Below, one piece after another: positions 8,462-16,542 of a DNA stretch of 39,156 nt; position 1 is the first letter of the stretch; every line of letters begins with the position of its first letter. The DNA lies in IMG/VR virus record IMGVR_UViG_3300030397_000442, positions 1-39,156 of that record; one strand, 5' to 3'. The DNA comes from a virus. Its lineage: Duplodnaviria; Caudoviricetes. The translations under genes were made by a program, and so were the position numbers. Below the pieces are notes generated by a model. That model saw only the letters and a list, made by a program, of their open reading frames with translations. It was not told the DNA's origin and did no database searches.

Positions 8462-9931
8462 TTAGACGATACCCTTGTTCTTGTAGCTGAGCTTCTTGCT
8501 GCGCTGCCGCTTCACCTCTACCGGGCGCATCAGCATCATCACCGCGTCCGCCATGTTGGGCGAATCAATGTCCATCTTCTTCATCTCCGGCTTGCTCATT
8601 AGCTGAATACGGCCAGAGGCCACATACTTCCTCGGAATACGGCACAACTCAGACCGCAAGGCCTTCAACTCCTTAATATCGGAACTGAAACTGATCAGGT
8701 CGTCAGGTGACTGCATTTTGCTCTTTGTGCGAGCTTGGTATGTCCTGAGCATCCTGTCTCTCAGCATCCAGTAATACTGCGCACGCTTGTTGACGAACGT
8801 TTCTTTGTTCGTCTTGGGGTCTTTCACCTCATCCGAGATGCGGTCATAGATTTTGTCGGGATTGTCCGGCCCCTCTGACCCTCGAAAGGCCTCTACAACC
8901 ACCTTCTTGCCGTCGAATGCCTGGGCGATCTGGCGCTTAAGCCCCATACCCATACCATCAGCATCCCAGGTGAACGTGTCTGGCTTGTGATCAGTGGCGA
9001 AAGTGGTAGCCCAGTCGGTGGCGGTGTCAATCTCGCCCGTTTCGTTCGACTGAACATCAAGAATCACAACACCGTGAGAGCGCCCCACAGCCTTCGCATC
9101 CCCGGTATCTGAGGGGTCGTAGGCAACCCGCTCTTGCCCCAGTGGCTCAAAACCCAGGTGAATGTGGGCATCTACACACGCATCGAACCACTCAGGCTGG
9201 ATAATGGCGTTGTCCACGGAATCTGAGTAATGCCCTTCCCAAATGTGGTCATACTCTGCCCTTGGGAGGTTGGCCAGGTCGTCAAGCCGCTCCTGCTCAA
9301 GCTCAGGGGGAAACCACGGGTTATCGCGCCAGTTCACATCGACAACCATCATCAAGTCGTCTTCGTAATACCCGGTCTTCTCAAGCGATGCCTCAGCCCG
9401 AGCCAGGTACTTCTTGGCAACGGCGTCCTTCGAGCTGCCCCGGTTCATGGTGATCCAGATTTCAGGCAGTTCGTGCAGATCCACTACATTGGACTTGGCA
9501 CTGGAGCGAATCGAGGGGGTCAGCACCCTCAGTGATCGCTCTGATACTGACTCACCCTCCTCAATCCAGAGGAAGTCAACGCCAGCAATGGACTTCAGCG
9601 AGGTAATGTTCCTTGCCAGGCCCTTGTAGAAAACCTCTCCCCCCCGATGGGCGCGTATCTCTGTACCCATCACTGAGTACTTGTCCTCCAACCCCATGCG
9701 CTCTATCTCAAGCTTCAGGCTTTCGTGCACCGAATCATCAATGGAGTTCTGGAATTCCCGTGTGCAGCAGACCCGCTTACCGTGATCTGCAAACATCAGC
9801 ATGATGCCACCGACACCTGTAGACTTGGCTGACCCTCGGCCCCCTACAGCGATCTTGACTCGCTTGGGCTTGCTCAGGAGCCAGGCAATTGGCTCAGCAA
9901 CCTCAAGGGCTACCTCAGCTTTCGCGCTCAC
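8462..9931 (-). CDS. terL: Terminase large subunit (PBSX/Sf6-like)
   Basis: Walker A GGRGSAKS, CTREFQNSI, Walker B WIEEG, NWRDNPWFP, nuclease D-motifs and SPNMADAVMM. Confidence 0.95.
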   Translation of the reverse strand: MSAKAEVALEVAEPIAWLLSKPKRVKIAVGGRGSAKSTGVGGIMLMFADHGKRVCCTREFQNSIDDSVHESLKLEIERMGLEDKYSVMGTEIRAHRGGEVFYKGLARNITSLKSIAGVDFLWIEEGESVSERSLRVLTPSIRSSAKSNVVDLHELPEIWITMNRGSSKDAVAKKYLARAEASLEKTGYYEDDLMMVVDVNWRDNPWFPPELEQERLDDLANLPRAEYDHIWEGHYSDSVDNAIIQPEWFDACVDAHIHLGFEPLGQERVAYDPSDTGDAKAVGRSHGVVILDVQSNETGEIDTATDWATTFATDHKPDTFTWDADGMGMGLKRQIAQAFDGKKVVVEAFRGSEGPDNPDKIYDRISDEVKDPKTNKETFVNKRAQYYWMLRDRMLRTYQARTKSKMQSPDDLISFSSDIKELKALRSELCRIPRKYVASGRIQLMSKPEMKKMDIDSPNMADAVMMLMRPVEVKRQRSKKLSYKNKGIV

Positions 9932-10289
9932 TGACTCTCACAGGGTTGACTGACCAGGGGGTATCGATGGTGATGGGCTTATCGCCACCCTGTACCGTCA
10001 ACTTGCTGCCTTCCTTGCGGTCTATGACCTTTTGGGCAATGACTGAGTCCTTTGCTTTCAGGCGGTCAAGCTGTATACCCTTAGCCAGCATGATGGGGTT
10101 CGATTTCAATACCTCTTTTCGCTGCGAATACTCGGGGTTGGCTTCCTGGTAATCGTAGAGAGTGCGCTGACCAATATCCGCATAAAGGCAGGCTTCAACG
10201 TCAGTGCACCCCATCAGAAATGCCTCTTCCAGTTTCCGCAGCACCTCTTCCGTCATTACGGTAGGGCGCCCACCCTTGTTTTTGGCCAT
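9915..10289 (-). CDS. terS: Terminase small subunit
   Basis: GGRPT start, HTH (EACLYADIGQRTLYDY); overlaps terL. Confidence 0.85.
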   Translation of the reverse strand: MAKNKGGRPTVMTEEVLRKLEEAFLMGCTDVEACLYADIGQRTLYDYQEANPEYSQRKEVLKSNPIMLAKGIQLDRLKAKDSVIAQKVIDRKEGSKLTVQGGDKPITIDTPWSVNPVRVSERES

Positions 10290-10299
10290 GACTGGCGCC

Positions 10300-10566
10300 C
10301 TATCCTGGCCACTTGATGGTCATGTAAGCGGTTCTGCCCCTGTATTGCTCTTTGCAGTGGGCCAGCGCCATGAACAGGTCTTCAGTAGTCACCACATCCC
10401 CGATCGTGACCCTTGGGGCATCCTGATTCTTAATGTAGTTTCTGGCTTGCTGGCGATTCTTGCGGGAAAGCTTTTCCATAGTCTTGTGCTTGCCAAGGCC
10501 TGTCGTGCCTTGCCTGGGGGCTGAGCGTATGCCCTTCCCCTTACCGGAATGCCTGAGCCTGTTCAT
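10300..10566 (-). CDS. Small basic protein, paralogue of 6264..6422
   Basis: 88 aa; shares TMEK..RK.RQ.AR and APRVTIGD with the 52-aa ORF. Confidence 0.7.
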   Translation of the reverse strand: MNRLRHSGKGKGIRSAPRQGTTGLGKHKTMEKLSRKNRQQARNYIKNQDAPRVTIGDVVTTEDLFMALAHCKEQYRGRTAYMTIKWPG

Positions 10567-10664
10567 AGCCGATTCAGCGCCCGAAGCAGGTACGCCACGG
10601 ATTCATGGTCGCCACGCTCGCTGGCGGCTTCCATTGCTTGCTCTATGCAGTATTTGAGGGTCAC
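10563..10664 (-). CDS. Small hypothetical protein (33 aa)
   Basis: MTLKYCIEQAMEAASERGDHESVAYLLRALNRL fills the gap exactly, with GTGA and ATGA overlaps. Confidence 0.55.
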   Translation of the reverse strand: MTLKYCIEQAMEAASERGDHESVAYLLRALNRL

Positions 10665-10897
10665 AGTGCGCCCTCCAGAATGGCCAGCTTTGCCTTGTCC
10701 TTCTCGGTGCCATTACCCGCACTGATCTTGGCTTCCAGGGCTGCCTTAACCGGGGTCATTTCCAGTGTGTACAGTTCCCGCTGGATTTCCCTGATTTCGT
10801 TACGGATGGCGGTTTCCTGGGGCTTGAACTGCTCCAAAAGGTTATCCAGATCGGCCCACAGCGCATCACGGCGCTCTTTCAGTTCCTTGATAGTCAT
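10661..10897 (-). CDS. Hypothetical coiled-coil protein
   Basis: 78 aa, coupled to neighbours. Confidence 0.65.
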   Translation of the reverse strand: MTIKELKERRDALWADLDNLLEQFKPQETAIRNEIREIQRELYTLEMTPVKAALEAKISAGNGTEKDKAKLAILEGAL

Positions 10898-11314
10898 TTA
10901 CGCCACCGTGAAGGTTGAAGTGGTGAAGTCGAGAGTAAGGCTCTCCCCGTCCGCCAGGGTCAGGTCTGAACCGTAGTCGTACCAACACAGCAGAGGGTCT
11001 GCCGGTGAGGTGGGGGTGTTGTTGTAGATCACCACATACCGGAACGTGGCCACAGCGCCACCAGAGGCCGACAGCACCAGGTCTGCAAACAACTGGGTGT
11101 AAGTACCGCTGGTTTCGCTGGAGGTCGAGGTGGTCAGGTTGCGGCTGGACAGGTTGGTGTAGCTGATCTCAGTCAGGTTGGCCAATACGGTATTGGTCGC
11201 TACCGGGGCGTTTGCCGCAGCACACAGGGCCACAGTGAACTGATCGGTATCCGAGGTATATACCCCGTGTAGCCAGTCCTCTACGGTCTGCTGAAATTTG
11301 TTGTAAGTGGCCAT
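10898..11314 (-). CDS. Putative virion structural protein (fibre base/decoration)
   Basis: Thr/Ser-rich beta-sandwich-like sequence, FRYVVIYN...LLCWYDYG..LTL.DGE motif; adjacent to the fibre-like gene. Confidence 0.6.
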   Translation of the reverse strand: MATYNKFQQTVEDWLHGVYTSDTDQFTVALCAAANAPVATNTVLANLTEISYTNLSSRNLTTSTSSETSGTYTQLFADLVLSASGGAVATFRYVVIYNNTPTSPADPLLCWYDYGSDLTLADGESLTLDFTTSTFTVA

Positions 11315-12502
11315 TTATTGAACCGTCCAAGTGTCTGAGCTATCAGGCTGTACAGTCCATAGATCCGAACTGCCTGCCTGTACGCTCCAGTTGGTTGAGT
11401 TATCCGGCACCACAGTCCAAATGCTGCCGCCGGAGTAGCTGAATACAATCGTTGCGCCGGAGTAGATGTAACTCCCGCCATCCATACCCATGACCAGGCC
11501 GCGCTTGAATCCCAGGGCAGTACCCGAGTAGCTGTAGCTACCCGAATCCAGGGATAGGCCGTAACCCGTCGTGAACGTTACTGCAGCTCCGCCGTAGGTG
11601 TATGCAGCCGTGCCACAGGCAATAGCCCTGTCTGCGATTAAACCGGCCTGTGCGCCCGTGTAAGCGTAGGTGCCACTGTCACAAGCCAAGTCATAGGATG
11701 CGGCATAGGTCAGCCTTACCGCCGTGCCTGAATAGGCATAGCTACCACTGTCCGCTGAGAGACTTCTGCCCGCCAGAGTTGAGGCCTCAGTACCTGTGTA
11801 GGCGTACGATCCTGAGTCACAGGTCAGGGTGTAGGAACCCCCAGCAGAGGCTTCCTTGAATACCGCCACGATTCCAACAGCCTGCGAGCCAGTGTCGGAG
11901 GTGCTGAAGGTCGTGTTCTTAGCCCCAGCCGAGCTGTAGATGTCATCCGAGACCACATGTCCGGGCCGGAAGGTGCCCGAGGGCAAGCTGGTCCGGATCG
12001 TGCCGTTGGAACTCGATACCGAGTCTCCGGAGCCCCAGCGCCGCGACTCCTGCACCAGCGCCGCGTGTACCGCCAGGCCATCCGCCTGCACCGCGGTGGC
12101 CGAGTTGGTGCCCTGGGAGGTCACCACCGAGTTCTCGTTGCTGAAGTCGATGTTGCTGGCTTCCAGGGGTGATACCGCATCGAGCCCCGAGTAGACGTTG
12201 CACTCGACTGAGACCAGCGTGTTCCCACTCAGATCGAAGTCGATGCTGGTCTCGTCGCCGTCAGCGATCTTCATTCGCATCGTGCCGCCGGCGTAGCCGT
12301 TGGTCGTACCGTCACGGGTCTGGATGTCGGTGAACGAATCCCCGTTCTGGTCGTGGACATCAGAGATGGTCCGGTGTGAGCCGTCCAGGCTACAGGTACC
12401 GATGATCAGCTCATTGACGGAGGGCATGGCAATCGCGAGCGTATGCGTGCTCCCCGCTGTGGTCGGCCAGGCCGCGTCGTTGCTCTCGTGAACGGCCGCC
12501 AT
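11315..12502 (-). CDS. Putative fibre/adhesin with repeat shaft
   Basis: N-terminal beta-rich domain, six ~22-aa repeats (L.CDSGSY.Y.G) and four terminal 10-aa W(T/S)V(Q/V) repeats. Confidence 0.6.
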   Translation of the reverse strand: MAAVHESNDAAWPTTAGSTHTLAIAMPSVNELIIGTCSLDGSHRTISDVHDQNGDSFTDIQTRDGTTNGYAGGTMRMKIADGDETSIDFDLSGNTLVSVECNVYSGLDAVSPLEASNIDFSNENSVVTSQGTNSATAVQADGLAVHAALVQESRRWGSGDSVSSSNGTIRTSLPSGTFRPGHVVSDDIYSSAGAKNTTFSTSDTGSQAVGIVAVFKEASAGGSYTLTCDSGSYAYTGTEASTLAGRSLSADSGSYAYSGTAVRLTYAASYDLACDSGTYAYTGAQAGLIADRAIACGTAAYTYGGAAVTFTTGYGLSLDSGSYSYSGTALGFKRGLVMGMDGGSYIYSGATIVFSYSGGSIWTVVPDNSTNWSVQAGSSDLWTVQPDSSDTWTVQ

Positions 12503-12906
12503 CAGTCAACCTTGCAGTAGTCGATGCACTCCTGGATCAAGGCTCGCAGCGGCGCGCTTTCGCTGGGCGAGATGACATCCCCGACCGGGTTATCCCTGAC
12601 CCAGTTCCTTGCCGCTCTCAGACGGTCGCGCAGGCCACGCATCAGGGCGAGAAAGTCGTAGTTCTCGTCGTCCTTCATGGCCTTGGCCCAGGCGTTCAGG
12701 CCCTTGATCTTGCGCTTGCGTTCAAAGTCGGGCTCCCACCGGGAGATGACTTTCATCATTTGAGTGAACTGGCCTCGCGGGACATCCCGAGTCGCCAGCT
12801 CCTGATTGATGTTGCGCAGGTTCAGGATCGTCTGGCGAACTCCATGCCGAAGATTGCGGTAGCCCTCTTCCCGATCAAGATCCGAGACGTCGAGTTCATT
12901 GGCCAT
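12502..12906 (-). CDS. Hypothetical helical protein (134 aa)
   Basis: Start at MANELDV (12906) is coupled to the upstream stop (TGATG). Confidence 0.65.
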   Translation of the reverse strand: MANELDVSDLDREEGYRNLRHGVRQTILNLRNINQELATRDVPRGQFTQMMKVISRWEPDFERKRKIKGLNAWAKAMKDDENYDFLALMRGLRDRLRAARNWVRDNPVGDVISPSESAPLRALIQECIDYCKVD

Positions 12907-13484
12907 CAGGGTTTCCCCTCTCTCCATGCTTCGGTCGGCTCGGGCTCCACCGGCACCATACCGTCGGGCCACAGCTTGCCCTTGATCTGATCGACGGAGT
13001 ACAAAGTGTGGTCAACCACATTTTCGAGTGCATCGGCGTAGGGATCACTGAAGTCCAACTCGAGTCGCTGGTAGGTGCCATCGGTGATTTTGTTGTAACC
13101 GTTCTCGTTGACGGGTTCGTCGCCCATCCCCACCGCTCTCAGCAACCGCTGCACCGTTCCGACCTCCTGGGGGGCGCCACGACGCGGGAGACCAGCGAAC
13201 ACATCGCCACCTGGGTACAGAATGATCAGATCCGAAACCCAATCTCCGCGGCCCACAGCATCGAGGACTATCCCTGTTGCTCGCATGTAGTGCCGATCGG
13301 GCAGTGCCACCTTGTAGAACACCCCACCGGTGTAGGTTCCCACCAGCATCGGCTCTGCGGCGCTGGCAGGGCACTCTGGCACCGGAGGACATTCCCGGGC
13401 AGTCACAGTATGGGACTCACCCGGCCCGATGATGGTTTGGGCGTAGGCAGGAAGCGCCAGCAGGAAAACGAAAATGAATCTCAT
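12906..13484 (-). CDS. Exported protein with Sec signal peptide, in the lysis-cassette position
   Basis: MRFIFVFLLALPAYA|Q signal-like N-terminus with AxA site; no known lysin motif seen. Confidence 0.65.
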   Translation of the reverse strand: MRFIFVFLLALPAYAQTIIGPGESHTVTARECPPVPECPASAAEPMLVGTYTGGVFYKVALPDRHYMRATGIVLDAVGRGDWVSDLIILYPGGDVFAGLPRRGAPQEVGTVQRLLRAVGMGDEPVNENGYNKITDGTYQRLELDFSDPYADALENVVDHTLYSVDQIKGKLWPDGMVPVEPEPTEAWREGKP

Positions 13485-13690
13485 TGGAGGATATTGCCCT
13501 TGTCGGGAACCTTAATCGGGTTTTTCTCATTCTTCGCCTGGCCCACATTGACCGCAGCCACATCCAGCAGCATCCGAATGCCCTTGAGTACACCCCCCAA
13601 AGTCTTGGCGTGGGGATGGGGAATCACCGCCGCAGCCATCGCGGCATAGCCCACCCACTGGGCAATGGTGTTGATTTGCTCTATATCCAT
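13481..13690 (-). CDS. Holin-like small membrane protein
   Basis: 69 aa with hydrophobic segments and AVNVGQAKN C-terminal motif; late-operon start position. Confidence 0.55.
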   Translation of the reverse strand: MDIEQINTIAQWVGYAAMAAAVIPHPHAKTLGGVLKGIRMLLDVAAVNVGQAKNEKNPIKVPDKGNILQ

Positions 13691-13713
13691 GATGACTCAA
13701 TGCCTCTCTGAAG

Positions 13714-13920
13714 CTATCGGATGCCGTCCGGCCCGTTCTTTCGGTACAACTCAAGGGCTGCGCTGTTGGCCGAATCAAGCAGTCGCTTTAGGCGCGCTAC
13801 CTCAGAAGCGCTCCCTCGTATGCCAATCCGGCGGCCAATAAGCGTGAAAATCACCCCCAGAACGAGCCAAGAGCAAAACAGGAATTCAATAGATACCCGG
13901 TAGTCCCACTCGCCGTTCAC
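13714..13920 (-). CDS. Small single-pass membrane protein
   Basis: IEFLFCSWLVLGVIFTLIG segment followed by a basic helical tail; GTGA coupling. Confidence 0.55.
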   Translation of the reverse strand: MNGEWDYRVSIEFLFCSWLVLGVIFTLIGRRIGIRGSASEVARLKRLLDSANSAALELYRKNGPDGIR

Positions 13921-14210
13921 GGCCCGCGCTCGATCAAGCGGTCTAGCTTGTCCTCAATCCGGTCGTGGCGCTGCTCGGTCTTGTCGCCCAGTTCCTTGAT
14001 GTCGGTTTTCAACTCTTCGTGCCGCTCCTGGGCCAATCTCTCCACACCATCAATCCTGCGGTGGGCCTGCTCTACGCGGTCGTGAAGCTTGAATATCATC
14101 CGAATAAATCCCCAGATACTGGCGGCCACCGCAAGAATCACGGCAGCTAACGCACCTGAGTGCTCTTTCAGCACGTCTAGCGGCATGTCGGTTCCTTGTT
14201 TTTCTGGCAT
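13917..14210 (-). CDS. Holin/antiholin-like TM plus coiled-coil protein
   Basis: One TM helix then coiled coil ending RIEDKLDRLIER; first gene of the late operon. Confidence 0.6.
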   Translation of the reverse strand: MPEKQGTDMPLDVLKEHSGALAAVILAVAASIWGFIRMIFKLHDRVEQAHRRIDGVERLAQERHEELKTDIKELGDKTEQRHDRIEDKLDRLIERGP

Positions 14211-14292
14211 GTCGCCGGTTATAGGGTGCCGCTCGCGCTATCCCTTCGCGATAACAATTACTCAAGGAGTCTCGGACAGGGAGCGGCAGAAG

Positions 14293-14317
14293 AAAAAAGC
14301 CCAGAGACAGTCTGGGC
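14293..14317 (-). terminator. Intrinsic terminator in the late leader (second)
   Basis: GCCCAGA-CTGTC-TCTGGGC-TTTTTT on the minus strand. Confidence 0.8.
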
Positions 14318-14346
14318 AAGCTCTCTTGGGGCAAGAGCATAGAAAC

Positions 14347-14379
14347 AAAAAAGCCCAAGACGCTTGGCGACTCGGGCTT
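14347..14379 (-). terminator. Intrinsic terminator in the late leader (tR'-like)
   Basis: AAGCCCGAG...CTTGGGC-TTTTTT on the minus strand, about 35-65 nt after the late promoter. Confidence 0.8.
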
Positions 14380-14419
14380 CAGAAACTTTGCAGGGGCAAT
14401 TCCCCATACATACCACTCC

Positions 14420-14448
14420 AGATTAACCGCACTTTCTGAATGGGTCAA
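14420..14448 (-). promoter_or_regulatory. Late promoter (pR'-like)
   Basis: TTGACC-17 bp-TAATCT overlapping the stop of the Q-like gene, followed by two terminators. Confidence 0.7.
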
Positions 14449-14780
14449 GCCTCGAAAACCATGTAATCCGACTCATTCCAAGTGTCGGCAAATGCGCCGA
14501 CTGCCGCATCTTTCCGCGACTGGGGAATGCGTATACCCATCCGGCTGAGAAACATTTTCTTCAAAACCTTTTTGTGGGCTATGGGCAGTGTGGCAACCGC
14601 CCGGTCTACAGCCACCATCAAGTCATCGCCAAACAACTGAGTGCCTGTGGACTTGCGAAGCCAGAACAGCCCCATGTAGCCACCCCCTGCCCCGCCATTC
14701 CTTGCCCAGTCGCCCCATGATGCCAATAACGTGCGTTCCAGGCTGTGACTGGCGATAGAGCCTGTCCCTTGTGTGCTCAC
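14445..14780 (-). CDS. Q-like late antiterminator
   Basis: LL..WG.WAR and VDRAVATLP..HKKVL pattern; last gene before the promoter, terminators and holin. Confidence 0.65.
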   Translation of the reverse strand: MSTQGTGSIASHSLERTLLASWGDWARNGGAGGGYMGLFWLRKSTGTQLFGDDLMVAVDRAVATLPIAHKKVLKKMFLSRMGIRIPQSRKDAAVGAFADTWNESDYMVFEA

Positions 14781-14790
14781 CCCTCGCCCC

Positions 14791-15156
14791 CTATGACTCT
14801 ATGTACTGAACAATCGCCGCCTTTGCCGCCTCTACGCCCCTTGTGACCACGGCGCAGTTACCCAACACGTTATGCCTGCGAATGTACTCAAGCTGCTCAG
14901 GCGTGGCGGTATGCGTTGAGCCTTCGGCCTTATGCTCGATCAGCAGGGAGCCAAAGCCGCCTCGGGGCAACAGAATGGCCATGTCGCTCTCGCCCTTCAC
15001 AACGCCCATTGCAATGCGCTTTGACCATGCAATGGCGGCCTTCCTGCCGCCCCCCTTCTGGCCCTCAGACTGGCTCACGCGCATGCACACGGCGTAGTCT
15101 GGATAGGTGTCCCGAAACCACTTCACTATTTCGCGCTGCTCGTCGGCTTCACTCAT
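14791..15156 (-). CDS. VRR-NUC-type nuclease / resolvase
   Basis: SEADEQ start, MGVVKGESD, LLIEHK, TPEQ motifs; start moved to 15156 because of coupling. Confidence 0.8.
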   Translation of the reverse strand: MSEADEQREIVKWFRDTYPDYAVCMRVSQSEGQKGGGRKAAIAWSKRIAMGVVKGESDMAILLPRGGFGSLLIEHKAEGSTHTATPEQLEYIRRHNVLGNCAVVTRGVEAAKAAIVQYIES

Positions 15157-15352
15157 TGGCCACCTCAAAGTTGAGCCGGCTCTGCGCATCGATAGTGGGC
15201 TCTCCTGTCTCCGAAATGTCGGACTCGCAAAACAGGTCGGGGTAAGAAAGCTCGCCACCATCAGTAAGCCATGGGACATCGCTCCCTGTTGCCTCCCAAT
15301 ACTGCCAGCACGCATATCTAAGCCTAATCCTCAAAGAGTCAACTTCGCTCAC
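15149..15352 (-). CDS. Hypothetical protein
   Basis: 67 aa, coupled on both sides. Confidence 0.6.
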   Translation of the reverse strand: MSEVDSLRIRLRYACWQYWEATGSDVPWLTDGGELSYPDLFCESDISETGEPTIDAQSRLNFEVANE

Positions 15353-15630
15353 AGTTTGCCCTCCGCGATCAGCGCTTCCTGGGTGCGGATTACGCCCTCA
15401 TGGTGCATCAGGGCCAGCTCAGTCTGATTGAACACAGCGCCTCGATCCCTGCCGTCGATGACGTCATGGCAGGCTGAACAGCACCACGCTCCATGCCTGT
15501 CGTCGCGCTTCATGCCCATGCCGCCCCCATTGAGGTGGGCCAGCACCGTAGTCTCAGGGTTGTGATTGCAGACGCGAGGTATGCGCACCATACACTCCCG
15601 GCCCCTCGCCTCTTTGCGGTAGTCAATCAT
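15349..15630 (-). CDS. DUF1364/YbcO-like HNH-type nuclease
   Basis: RKEARGRECMVRIP.VCN.NPETTVLAH...GMG.K.DD..GAW.CSACHD..DGR. Confidence 0.9.
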   Translation of the reverse strand: MIDYRKEARGRECMVRIPRVCNHNPETTVLAHLNGGGMGMKRDDRHGAWCCSACHDVIDGRDRGAVFNQTELALMHHEGVIRTQEALIAEGKL

Positions 15631-16097
15631 GCCGCCTTGCCCCCCTGATTCATCCATGTTGGCCAAGGTGTGGTAATCCCGAAGGTCTGCGCCATGTGCC
15701 GGGCTATGATTTCGTACACCGTTGATGCCTCGGTGGTGGTCAGCTTGCTGCTGTGCTTCTTGCCGGTGGTCGCCTCCTGCACCCGAATCCAAATGTCTGA
15801 CTTAACGGTGTCTTTCGACCACAGGACGTGCAGCGGTTCGTTGAGTACCGGGGAGGTAATCACCCGCTCATGGCCTGCCCGATTCAGGTCGCCAGCCAGT
15901 AGTTCGCAGTAGGCGTGTATGCAGTTGTTCTGCGTAGGCGTCCGCTGCTTGCGAGTCACAGGCCGTATTTCAATCTCGTACTGCAACCGCTCGCCAGTAG
16001 CGCTCTCGTAGGCCTGGTTGTTCAGGTACGAAGCCGCAGAAGCCAACGCACTGGCTATGCTGTCAGGGCCAGTGACTTGAATAATGCCCTCTCCCAC
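15627..16097 (-). CDS. NinB-like recombination accessory protein
   Basis: RT..QN..IH, W.KD..K and SSKLT..E motifs; nin-region position. Confidence 0.7.
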   Translation of the reverse strand: MGEGIIQVTGPDSIASALASAASYLNNQAYESATGERLQYEIEIRPVTRKQRTPTQNNCIHAYCELLAGDLNRAGHERVITSPVLNEPLHVLWSKDTVKSDIWIRVQEATTGKKHSSKLTTTEASTVYEIIARHMAQTFGITTPWPTWMNQGGKAA

Positions 16098-16306
16098 TAC
16101 CCTGCCCTCACATGCATGTCACCATCCCTCGGCGCAGCAAACGCCTCATAGCCGTACAACCCAAATACCCGGTGATACCGGCGCACCGTTGACGAGCTAC
16201 GCCCCACCTTGTGAGCTATGGTTTCCCAATCAAAACCCCGCTCCCTCAAGGTGCTGATCCTGAAAATTAAATCCTGGCTGCAGGTTGGGATCATTGGCTC
16301 TGTCAT
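16097..16306 (-). CDS. Small HTH protein
   Basis: LRERGFDWETIAHKVGRSSSTVRRY; ATGA coupling at 16306. Confidence 0.7.
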   Translation of the reverse strand: MTEPMIPTCSQDLIFRISTLRERGFDWETIAHKVGRSSSTVRRYHRVFGLYGYEAFAAPRDGDMHVRAG

Positions 16307-16542
16307 GCTGCCCCCTTCCAAGTCCCTTTGGGGGCAAACAGTGCCTGGTGCACCGTGCACCCTGCTGCCAACCTACGGCTGATCGTGGTGTGCGCTATAC
16401 CCAGCTCCCGAGCCCAGGCGCGCAGGGATTGAGTTTTGCCCCGGGCCGTCAATTCGCGCTCATGCTTCTGTGGCCCCTGCACCCTGCGGCGGAACATTTT
16501 TCCGCACTCCGGGCAGCACTCCCTGGTGTAACTTTTCCTCAT
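16303..16542 (-). CDS. Small Zn-ribbon/HTH protein
   Basis: CPECGK and GKTQSLRAWARELGIAHTTISRRL; ATGA coupling at 16542. Confidence 0.65.
   Translation of the reverse strand: MRKSYTRECCPECGKMFRRRVQGPQKHERELTARGKTQSLRAWARELGIAHTTISRRLAAGCTVHQALFAPKGTWKGAA

Noticed and set aside
15157-15315. N-terminal extensions given by the ORF track (e.g. 15315, 15792, 22358, 27647, 28822, 30855, 35121)
   Set aside because: They overlap upstream genes; downstream starts with RBS or stop-start coupling match the domain boundaries.
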